Assembly: GCF_001457615.1 (NCBI RefSeq)
Contig: NZ_LN831024.1
Span: 5,970,001-6,002,000, forward strand
From: Pseudomonas aeruginosa
GTDB taxonomy: Bacteria > Pseudomonadota > Gammaproteobacteria > Pseudomonadales > Pseudomonadaceae
Length of the DNA stretch: 32,000 bases
Direction: 5' to 3'
The notes beneath the pieces are model-generated. The model ran no database searches. It was not told where the DNA came from and was given only the letters and a program-made list of their open reading frames with translations. Shown here piece after piece: positions 11,001-17,118 of this stretch (positions are counted from its first letter, which is position 1; the number at the start of each line of letters is the position of its first letter). The translations under genes and the position numbers were made by a program.

Positions 11001-11354
11001 GAGATCGACTTCGAACAGGTTGCCCTTGCCATCACATTCCAGTTCGCGCCACAACTTGCCGTCCTGGAACAGGTAGATCCGTCCCGCCCGCGGTAGCGCG
11101 CCGGCGGGCAGCTGGTCGCCATAACCGGCCTTGCCCAGCGTTGGCAGGCGGACCAGCGGCATCACAGCCAGGAAGGTGTTCTGCTGGATACGCTCGTGCT
11201 CCTCATGGCCGAGCATATCGCTGGCCACCGGAATCTGCAGGATACCGCCGTCCTGTCGCTCGACGTTCAATGCCAGTCGTGCACGCCGATCGTTCTGGTA
11301 GGCGGTGCGCTTGCGCACGCCTTCGTCGATACTCTGGTCCTGGAATCCGCTCAT
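8085..11354 (-). CDS. large T6SS cargo effector candidate, VasX-like membrane-targeting toxin
   Basis: 1089-aa ORF whose ATG (11354) overlaps the vgrG stop (11351-11354). The N-terminal 200 aa (..AGRIYLFQDGKLWRELECDGKGNLFEV..ILVPV..TMAYSETPWPWSYIDWLEED..) resembles, from memory, the VasX N-terminal / BTH_I2691-family effector region. Gly/Ala-rich hydrophobic helices cluster at aa 665-832 (GLGGAATLFGAGISVW, AAYGVAAVGGGLWGAYVLGWIV, LLAGAVLAIGGTVVANLL). I recognised no catalytic motif. Confidence 0.7.
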   Translation of the reverse strand: MSGFQDQSIDEGVRKRTAYQNDRRARLALNVERQDGGILQIPVASDMLGHEEHERIQQNTFLAVMPLVRLPTLGKAGYGDQLPAGALPRAGRIYLFQDGKLWRELECDGKGNLFEVDLLQGRSQRADKRPAVGKTQALILVPVLVKGQFVIPRYTMAYSETPWPWSYIDWLEEDPQRVNRRCQQMASAWNASVANQHWKASIHQPALVIDHHAQGLRPRDFNVESALEDPAEFTPAFAAFREESLVCQLQRRQQELAPLLKQAPPSALPTLEAGEDVLETLKLRGHPNLIGLMLDDSLFALRHAAAQARHCAAYLRSLNALLPHRPNGRYAQVLSNMLDGPLAKLRGEVDQAELDEAIFAEERQSCRIHLTQQVEHLVALLEGPLHPVLQDWTHQCDEALLEPYSLMSEALAALNQLPDRCDALYSGTAYRALAAHVERVVSTVLQASHPLGAMLLAKDEGQLPEPVRRLQALRDSPRTPDPDAMGLSTLMLGASLLGEVDQPSAGKSLAYFLGDLLDVFGASVVEQLGRLSQGATQIQLDRLFAPTFNTLSALSVKMKGIRLLPDSQVPLDMVVVGVRGAGLRNGLTEVERQELRRKSYRRAIVQDGAGNPLAGTSPRDTGMSRANLRNVMVVAVPKDHPDLLAYTKFRTQLGTLTQVMENTRIVPTMMLGFAIYNLNVQVQAYSGFVDSGEKHRGTIGAVGAVIDLTAAGGSHAKLLFGPSTAKYLETPRISVAQISPRWARNLEVQTGSPKLGLLRGLGGAATLFGAGISVWDGYRALRQGDSDAAAAYGVAAVGGGLWGAYVLGWIVNPYALLAGAVLAIGGTVVANLLTDSDAETIVKKGPFGRQFAEAGLLDSLMGQDQRFAHLKDPQTAYRQLLGVLGHPRVFVHRLEDWRKLAPAAHRSVLQEAERGRQAVSRTALSCIDPKLQALEANDWAVVLSSPLLAMFENGQKAFRLVAQEFLSSLPIDPGTLFGVKRYHRVPAGPAKLEALPLDAASVLYVLPASLPIPQLSPRARYSMRMTQGLKISAQFELNADQPEQRLVLPQPSPKSWSAFTSANRYLPPDDLGPHAAPPYWLIENSEFNV

Positions 11355-13426
11355 GCCTCGCGCTCCGGTGGCAACAGTACGACCTGGCTTCCTTGCGCCG
11401 GGTCTCCCCAGACATCGACGATCAATTGTTCCGGCCCCTTCCGCTCGGGACGGCTACGCGCCGGGTTGTCCAGTACCTGGCCCGCTGTCGCCGCATCCGC
11501 GTCGAGCGGCGGCCCCGGCAACAGCGGCGCCGCGCCGCTGCCGTTGCCCGGGCTGCCGCCGGAGTTGACCCGGACGTTGGCCCCGGAGAGGGTCACGCCG
11601 CTGGCGTCGAGCTTGAGGAAGCTGCCGCCGCCCTTGAGGGTCAGTTCGGCGCCGGCCTCCAGCACCACCTTCAGACCGCTGCTCAGGTGGATCTCCTGGC
11701 CGGCCTCGACGAACTGGCCGCTGGCGATCTTCAGGTGCTGGTCGTTGGCTACGGTGAGGTGGTCGCTGGCTCGGACCTCCACCTTGCGCTCGGCGTGGGT
11801 GGTGCGGTGTTCCTCGGCCTTGAACTCGCTGTAGCTGTTCGCCTGCACGGTGTCGTGGCGTTGGTGACCGACGCGGATCTTCTGGTCGTGCTCGATGTTT
11901 TCGTCCCAGTCGCGCTGGGCATGGACGAAGATCTGCTCCTGGCCCTTGCGGTCCTCGATGCGCAGCTCGTTGTAGCCACCGCCGCCAGGGCTGCTGAGGC
12001 TCTTGAAGACGCTGCGGGTCTTGTGCCCCGGCAGTTCGTAGGGCACCGGATGTTCCCTGTGAAACAGGCAGCCGGTGACCAGCGGCTGGTCGGGATCGCC
12101 TTCGAGGAAGGTCACCAGCACCTCCATGCCGACCCGCGGGATGGCGATGGCACCGTAGTTCCTTCCCGCCCAGCCGGAGGCAACGCGTAACCAGCAACTG
12201 CTGCTGTCGTCGGCCTGGCCCTCGCGATCCCAGTGGAATTGCACCTTCACCCGACCGTAGCGATCGCAGTGGATTTCCTCGCCCTTCGGGCCGGTCACCA
12301 CCGCGCTCTGCGTGCCGAGGATGCGCGGCTTCGGCGGCGTCAGCGGGGGACGGAAGAACGCCTCCCAGGGCGTGGCCTGGAAGCGGTTGCGGTAACCCTG
12401 CCGGAAGTCGTCCGGGCTCGCCGAGGCATCGGAGACGATGCTTTCCTCCAGCACCTGAGGCTGCCGCCCCTCGTGAATCACCTCAGTGAGCAGCCAGAGG
12501 TCGTTCCAGCCCGCCTGGGGATGGGCGGCCAGCGGCAGGAAGTGGCCGCTGAGCAGCAACGGTTGGTCGCTGCGGCCCTCGGCCAGGCGGTAGTCGCTGC
12601 GCTGCCGTTCGAGGGCACGCCTGGCCAGGTGCTTGCCGCGCTCGCGGTCGACGAAGCGACCGGGATAGTCGTAGTCCTCGAGGTCCGGCCGGGCTTCGCC
12701 GCGGGCGGCGCTTTCCAGCGTCAGGCGCGGTTTCTCGAAGTCGTAGTCGCGGCGGGTGACGCGGCTGGTGCGGGTTTCCAGGCGTACGCCGAAGCGCTTG
12801 ACCGCCGGCCGGTCGGCGACCAGGCCGGAGTCCTGCTGGTAGGCCACCGGCGCGAGCCGCGGGAACACCGTCTGGTCGTCGCCGAACACCAGCAGGTGCG
12901 CCGTGGCGCTGTGCTGGAAATGAAAGTGGATGCCCTCCTCGCAGCACAGGCGCTGGATGAACTGCAGGTCGCTCTCGTCGTACTGCACGCAGTATTCGCG
13001 CTCGGGGTAGCGGGTGCCGAGCTGGAAGCGGTAGGCGTCGGGGAGGATGCCGTGTTCCTCCAGCACCCGGCCGACGATCTGCGGCACCGTGAGGTGCTGG
13101 AAGATGCGCTGGTTGGTGCGCTGGGCGAGGTAGGCCAGTTGCGGGACGAGGGTGATGCGGTAGCGGGTCAGGCGCTTGCCCGAGTCGCCCTGTCCGGCGC
13201 TGCGCACCAGGCCGTGGATACCGTTGCCGGCGGGCCCGAGGGTAAGGAAGGCGGGTTTGTGCAGCAGGCTTTCGAGGTCCGGCACGGGGCGTTCGCCGAC
13301 CAGCTCCAGGTCGAAGGCGAACGGCTGGCTGATGGCTTCGCGGCCGCTGAAGGAGAGCACCTGCAGGTCGAGGGCGAGGCCGTCGATGGCGAGGCTGAAA
13401 TGGGTCTGGTTGGCTGCTGCGAACAT
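11351..13426 (-). CDS. vgrG6: T6SS spike protein VgrG
   Basis: The track ORF was trimmed to ATG 13426 (MFAAANQTHFSLAIDGLALDLQVLSFSGREAISQPFAFDLELV...), giving 691 aa. The gp27/gp5-like core includes WAGRNYGAIAIPRVGMEVLVTFLEGDPDQPLVTGCLFH and C-terminal beta-helix repeats. It follows hcp. The symbol is assigned by synteny with PAO1 PA5266. Confidence 0.9.
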   Translation of the reverse strand: MFAAANQTHFSLAIDGLALDLQVLSFSGREAISQPFAFDLELVGERPVPDLESLLHKPAFLTLGPAGNGIHGLVRSAGQGDSGKRLTRYRITLVPQLAYLAQRTNQRIFQHLTVPQIVGRVLEEHGILPDAYRFQLGTRYPEREYCVQYDESDLQFIQRLCCEEGIHFHFQHSATAHLLVFGDDQTVFPRLAPVAYQQDSGLVADRPAVKRFGVRLETRTSRVTRRDYDFEKPRLTLESAARGEARPDLEDYDYPGRFVDRERGKHLARRALERQRSDYRLAEGRSDQPLLLSGHFLPLAAHPQAGWNDLWLLTEVIHEGRQPQVLEESIVSDASASPDDFRQGYRNRFQATPWEAFFRPPLTPPKPRILGTQSAVVTGPKGEEIHCDRYGRVKVQFHWDREGQADDSSSCWLRVASGWAGRNYGAIAIPRVGMEVLVTFLEGDPDQPLVTGCLFHREHPVPYELPGHKTRSVFKSLSSPGGGGYNELRIEDRKGQEQIFVHAQRDWDENIEHDQKIRVGHQRHDTVQANSYSEFKAEEHRTTHAERKVEVRASDHLTVANDQHLKIASGQFVEAGQEIHLSSGLKVVLEAGAELTLKGGGSFLKLDASGVTLSGANVRVNSGGSPGNGSGAAPLLPGPPLDADAATAGQVLDNPARSRPERKGPEQLIVDVWGDPAQGSQVVLLPPEREA

Positions 13427-13625
13427 CCGTTGTCCCTCACTGGCGCAGGCGACCGATTCGATTGTCCTGCCTGGCGCGGGCGAGACAAGGGCGCGCAGGC
13501 TCGATCGGAAGCTGCCTACAACAAACAAAGCGGCATCGACCCGGCGCGGGCTTTCCTGGCCACGGCGCTATGGGTCATCGAGGGCACGACGGCCAGCGAG
13601 GCTGGCCGCGTGCGGCGGTCGCGGC

Positions 13626-14144
13626 TCAGCCGGCGACCGGGGAGCGCCAGTCGTCGGAGCCGGAGGTGCCGGAGACTTCGTGGGTCCAGGTGATCTTGCG
13701 GTAGGTGAAGTGCACGTCTTCCAGGTGGGTGAAGTGGGCGTTGCCCGGGTCCTGGCAGTTGTGCATGTAGTCCTTGATGTCGACGATGATCGCGTCTTCC
13801 AGGACGGTGGTGTAGTAGTGCTCCTGGGTGCCGGCGGCGGAGGTGCGGTACCACTGGATCTCCACCTTGGTCAGGCGCTCGCCGGAGGTCAGGGCGGCCA
13901 GCAGCAGCGGCGAGGCCTTGTCGAAGACCTTGGTGATGACCACCGGCTTGTGCACGCGCTGGCCGGTCGGCTGGCCGGACTGCGGGTCGCGCGGGATGAT
14001 CACTTCGTGGTTGAAGCCCTGGACCATCACCTGGTCCTCGTGGCCTTCCTGGTAGGTGTTGCCGACCGAATCCTCGGTGAAGGCGCCGGCGGTGATCAGG
14101 CCCTGCTTGGTGCCGGTGATGGACATATAGGCGGGGGTTGCCAT
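13626..14144 (-). CDS. hcpB: T6SS tube protein Hcp
   Basis: The track ORF was trimmed to ATG 14144 (MATPAYMSITGTKQGLITAGAFTEDSVGNTYQEGHEDQVMVQGF...), giving 172 aa. This is a typical Hcp (TssD) sequence lying directly upstream of vgrG. Confidence 0.93.
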   Translation of the reverse strand: MATPAYMSITGTKQGLITAGAFTEDSVGNTYQEGHEDQVMVQGFNHEVIIPRDPQSGQPTGQRVHKPVVITKVFDKASPLLLAALTSGERLTKVEIQWYRTSAAGTQEHYYTTVLEDAIIVDIKDYMHNCQDPGNAHFTHLEDVHFTYRKITWTHEVSGTSGSDDWRSPVAG

Positions 14145-14202
14145 GGATGCATTCCTTGTCAGTGGTAGCCGGGACGACATGTCCTGGTGCGGCAGCTACC
14201 CA

Positions 14203-14217
14203 ACAAGCTTCGTGCCA
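14203..14217 (-). promoter_or_regulatory. sigma54-like -24/-12 promoter element upstream of hcpB
   Basis: The minus strand reads TGGCACGAAGCTTGT, against the consensus TGGCAC-N5-TTGC. The -24 half is perfect and the -12 GC is replaced by GT. It lies about 60 nt upstream of the hcpB ATG. Confidence 0.4.
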
Positions 14218-14236
14218 ATAAAATATTTACCTTTTA

Positions 14237-14249
14237 AATCAAACTCTTG
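14237..14249. promoter_or_regulatory. IHF-like site (WATCAANNNNTTR) just upstream of the sigma54-like element
   Basis: The plus strand reads AATCAAACTCTTG, matching the IHF core consensus at every specified position. It sits in an AT-rich patch 20-35 bp upstream of the -24 element. Confidence 0.35.
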
Positions 14250-14295
14250 AAGAATCTCCCGGCCCGCACGAACGCTTTCCCCTGGGTTTACCCCG

Positions 14296-14342
14296 AAAAA
14301 GTGAGCAAGTTGTTGCACAGTGCTATGCAAAAACTTGCTCAC
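14296..14342 (-). terminator. rho-independent terminator of corA
   Basis: GTGAGCAAGTT (14301-14311) pairs with AACTTGCTCAC (14332-14342). The stem is extended by TTGCA/TGCAA across one mismatch and closes an 8-nt loop. On the minus strand a TTTTT run follows (14296-14300). The element is about 95 nt downstream of the corA stop. Confidence 0.7.
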
Positions 14343-14436
14343 TTCATCGAAGACCCCGTCAGGCCTTGGCCCCAGCGTGGTATCCACAGCTTTTCCCGAA
14401 GTTATCCAGCAAAAAGTTGCACACCTGCCGAGTGCC

Positions 14437-15417
14437 TCAGAGCCAGTTCTTGAACTTGAACCAGAGGTACGGAAGGATCGCCGATACCACCATCATCCCC
14501 AGCGCCATCGGATAGCCGATGGACCAGTCCAGCTCGGGCATGTCCTTGAAGTTCATGCCGTAGACCGTGCCCACCAGGGTCGGCGGCAGGAACAGTACGG
14601 CGGCGATGGAGAACACCTTGATGATGCTGTTCTGCTCGATGTTGATCAGGCCAAGGGTCGCGTCGAGGAGGAAGTTGATCTCGGTGGACATCTTCGCCAG
14701 GTACTCGTCCAGCGAGCGCACATCGCGCTCCACGGTCTTCGCCAGCACCTTGGCCGGCTCGGAAAGCCAGCCGTTGCAACCCTGGCGGAAATAGCTGTTC
14801 ATCCGATTGATGCTGAGCAGGCTGTCGTTGAGCTTGGACAGCAGCGAGCTGCTGCGCCCGAGGTGCTTGATGATCTGCTGCAGGTCGGTCTTCGGCTTGC
14901 GGGTCTGGGCGGTGGACTCGGCGAAGATCTCCCGCGACATGCTGCTCAGTTGCCCCTGTACGGCCTCCAACACGTCGGCGATGCGGTCCACCAGGCTGTC
15001 CATCATCAGGGCGAACAACTGGGTGCTGCTGCGGTTGGCGTCGAGCTGGCGGATGCAGCGGTTCTCGAACTCGCGGAACGAACGCAGGTCGGCGTAGCGC
15101 ACGGTAATCAGCCATTTCTCGCTGAGGACGAAGGTCACTTCCTCTGTGCTCGGCCGGTGCTCGGTGATCCCGCCGACCACCGAAGTGGTCATGTAGAGGA
15201 CGTTGCCGTCCTCGTAGAAGCGCGACGAATCCTCGATCTCGGCCATCTCCTCGCGGGTCGGGATGTTCACCTGCAGGTGGGATTCGAGCAGGCGCTCCTC
15301 TTCGGGGGTCGGGTGATGCAGGTCGATCCACAGGGTGCCCGGCGGCAACCCCCGCTGGGCATCGTCGTGCTGGCGTCGCTCCAGGCGGTCGCCGGAAAGG
15401 ATGTAATAGGTGATCAT
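14437..15417 (-). CDS. corA: magnesium/cobalt transporter CorA
   Basis: Contains the C-terminal YGMNF (GMN) motif and two TM helices, and ends ..LWFKFKNWL. The start was chosen at ATG 15417 (MITYYILSGDRLERR..), which aligns with the E. coli CorA N-terminus. An upstream ATG at 15444 is also possible. Confidence 0.9.
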   Translation of the reverse strand: MITYYILSGDRLERRQHDDAQRGLPPGTLWIDLHHPTPEEERLLESHLQVNIPTREEMAEIEDSSRFYEDGNVLYMTTSVVGGITEHRPSTEEVTFVLSEKWLITVRYADLRSFREFENRCIRQLDANRSSTQLFALMMDSLVDRIADVLEAVQGQLSSMSREIFAESTAQTRKPKTDLQQIIKHLGRSSSLLSKLNDSLLSINRMNSYFRQGCNGWLSEPAKVLAKTVERDVRSLDEYLAKMSTEINFLLDATLGLINIEQNSIIKVFSIAAVLFLPPTLVGTVYGMNFKDMPELDWSIGYPMALGMMVVSAILPYLWFKFKNWL

Positions 15418-15518
15418 GTCGGGTATCGCTACCTTCGCGGCCATCCGTTGGCCAAGCAGGGTGGACAACTTCCCGCCGCCGCACAAGCGGTACTTTGCGC
15501 CAGAACGAGGAACGCCCG

Positions 15519-15794
15519 ATGAGCGAACAGGACGACAACCAGGAAGACGGCTTCGCCGAGGAAAAACTGATCCAGGCCATCGAGAACCAGATCGAAAGCG
15601 AGAATCCGCCGGCGGCGCGCGCCGTGTTCAACAAGCTGACCCTGGTCGGCTACGAGCGCGACGAGGCGCTGGGCATGATGGCCTACGTGCTGGCCCACGA
15701 GATCAACGCCATGCTCGCCGCCGACCGCGCTTTCGACAGCGCCGGCTACGAGCATGCGCTGCGTGCCCTGCCGACGTTGCCGGACGACGAATGA
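15519..15794 (+). CDS. small acidic hypothetical protein
   Basis: 91 codons from ATG 15519 (MSEQDDNQEDGFAEEKLIQAIENQ...), preceded by GAGGA 8 nt upstream. The track ORF begins at 15495. I recognised no family. Confidence 0.6.
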   Translation: MSEQDDNQEDGFAEEKLIQAIENQIESENPPAARAVFNKLTLVGYERDEALGMMAYVLAHEINAMLAADRAFDSAGYEHALRALPTLPDDE

Positions 15795-15926
15795 GCGGAG
15801 CCGGGCCGACTGGTGCCGGCGAATGCCCCTCGTATCCATGCGGTTTTGTTTCGCCAAACGCCTGCCGCTCTGGTAGAAAGGTGGCGCCCACTCTCCGTGC
15901 CACCTGCTTTCGCGGAGCGATACCGG

Positions 15927-16694
15927 ATGCGATCCTGGTTCCACTTCCTGCCCATCTGCCTGCTGCTGGCCCTTTCCGGCCCGGCAGCGGCCGTCCCGAC
16001 AGAACCCCTGGTGCTCGGCGCCGAAGACGACTGGTATCCCTATACCGCCTACAAGGACGGCCGCATCCAGGGCATGAGCGCGGACATCGTGCGGGCCGCC
16101 TTCAGGGCTGCGGACACGCCGGTCCAGCTCAATCCCTACCCCTACTCCCGCTGCATGAAGCTGGCCCTGAAAGGCTTGATCGCCGGCTGCTTCAACACCT
16201 CGCCGAACCCGCACATCCTCGCCGACTACCGTCTGCCCCGGCATCCGTTGTTCCGCGCGGAGATCCAGCTCTGGGCGCGACGCGACGAAGCGCGGCCGGT
16301 GAATGCGGAGCAGGCGCTGAGCGGACGGAAAGTCGCGGTGACCCTCGGTTATGAATACGGCGACGGCTTCGATCGCCGCCACGACCTGGTGCGCATCCCG
16401 GTGCGCAAGGACTACTACGGTTTCCTCATGCTCCAGCGCGGCCGCGTCGACTACGCCCTGGCCTACCGCAATACGGCTCGCCAGTTGTTCAGCGAACATC
16501 CCGAACTGGAAGGCCAGTTCCAGCCGGTGACCACGGTCCACCGCCCGGAGCTGTACCTGTCGTTCTCGCGCCGCCACCCGCAGGCCGAGCATCTGCTCGA
16601 ACGCTTCGACCTCGGCATGCAGCGCATCCTCGCCAGCGGCGAGTACCAGAAGATCCTCGACGGCTGGAGCCAGGCCGCCGACGCTACGCCCTAG
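15927..16694 (+). CDS. periplasmic solute-binding protein (SBP_bac_3-like), orphan
   Basis: The track ORF was trimmed to ATG 15927. Signal peptide MRSWFHFLPICLLLALSGPAAA, then LVLGAEDDWYPYTAY... typical of family-3 binding proteins. There are no adjacent permease or ATPase genes. Confidence 0.7.
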   Translation: MRSWFHFLPICLLLALSGPAAAVPTEPLVLGAEDDWYPYTAYKDGRIQGMSADIVRAAFRAADTPVQLNPYPYSRCMKLALKGLIAGCFNTSPNPHILADYRLPRHPLFRAEIQLWARRDEARPVNAEQALSGRKVAVTLGYEYGDGFDRRHDLVRIPVRKDYYGFLMLQRGRVDYALAYRNTARQLFSEHPELEGQFQPVTTVHRPELYLSFSRRHPQAEHLLERFDLGMQRILASGEYQKILDGWSQAADATP

Positions 16695-16736
16695 TCCAAC
16701 TACACTCACCGGTGCTCAACACCGCAAGGAGCCGAC

Positions 16737-16970
16737 ATGGCCTTCACTCCCGAGCTGATCGACGAACTGGAACTGCTGGCGCTCTTCAACCTGAACAACA
16801 CCCAGGAAGGACTTAAGGTCCATCACACCGCCGACGGCAAGGCCGTCGCCGCCGCCCGACGCCTGCACGACAAGGGGCTGATCGACCAGCCCGACGGCGG
16901 CTACCTGACCAGTCTGGGGCTGGACGCCGCGGAGCAGGCACAGGGCCTGCTGACCATCCTCAAGGGTTGA
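16737..16970 (+). CDS. small conserved hypothetical protein (77 aa)
   Basis: The intact ORF MAFTPELIDELELLALFNLNNTQEGLKVHHTADGKAVAAARRLHDKGLIDQPDGGYLTSLGLDAAEQ.. is preceded by AAGGAG. From memory it resembles the small gammaproteobacterial TIGR02647 family. Function unknown. Confidence 0.6.
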   Translation: MAFTPELIDELELLALFNLNNTQEGLKVHHTADGKAVAAARRLHDKGLIDQPDGGYLTSLGLDAAEQAQGLLTILKG

Positions 16971-17118
16971 CGGAAGCGGCCATCGCGACCTGCTCCCGAC
17001 AGGCCGCGACGGTTGCCCCGGTTCGCGGTGCGGCGCTCAAGCCGCCGCGCTTCCGGGCGATACAATGGCATGACCGGAGCCAGGCACGGCGCCTGGCCTT
17101 GCCTGTGCCCGGACGCCC

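Noticed and set aside
14301-14342. The inverted repeat GTGAGCAAGTT...AACTTGCTCAC, considered as an enhancer-binding-protein UAS for the sigma54-like hcpB promoter.
   Set aside because: On the minus strand the extended 16-bp stem is followed directly by TTTTT, and it lies about 95 nt after the corA stop. That is the textbook layout of an intrinsic terminator. A dual role cannot be excluded, but the sequence alone does not support it.
14196-14387. 63-aa minus-strand ORF (and 68-aa plus-strand ORF 14247..14453) in the corA-hcpB intergenic region.
   Set aside because: It spans the corA terminator hairpin and the putative hcpB promoter, has no RBS, and has no recognisable sequence features. The region is better explained as regulatory DNA.
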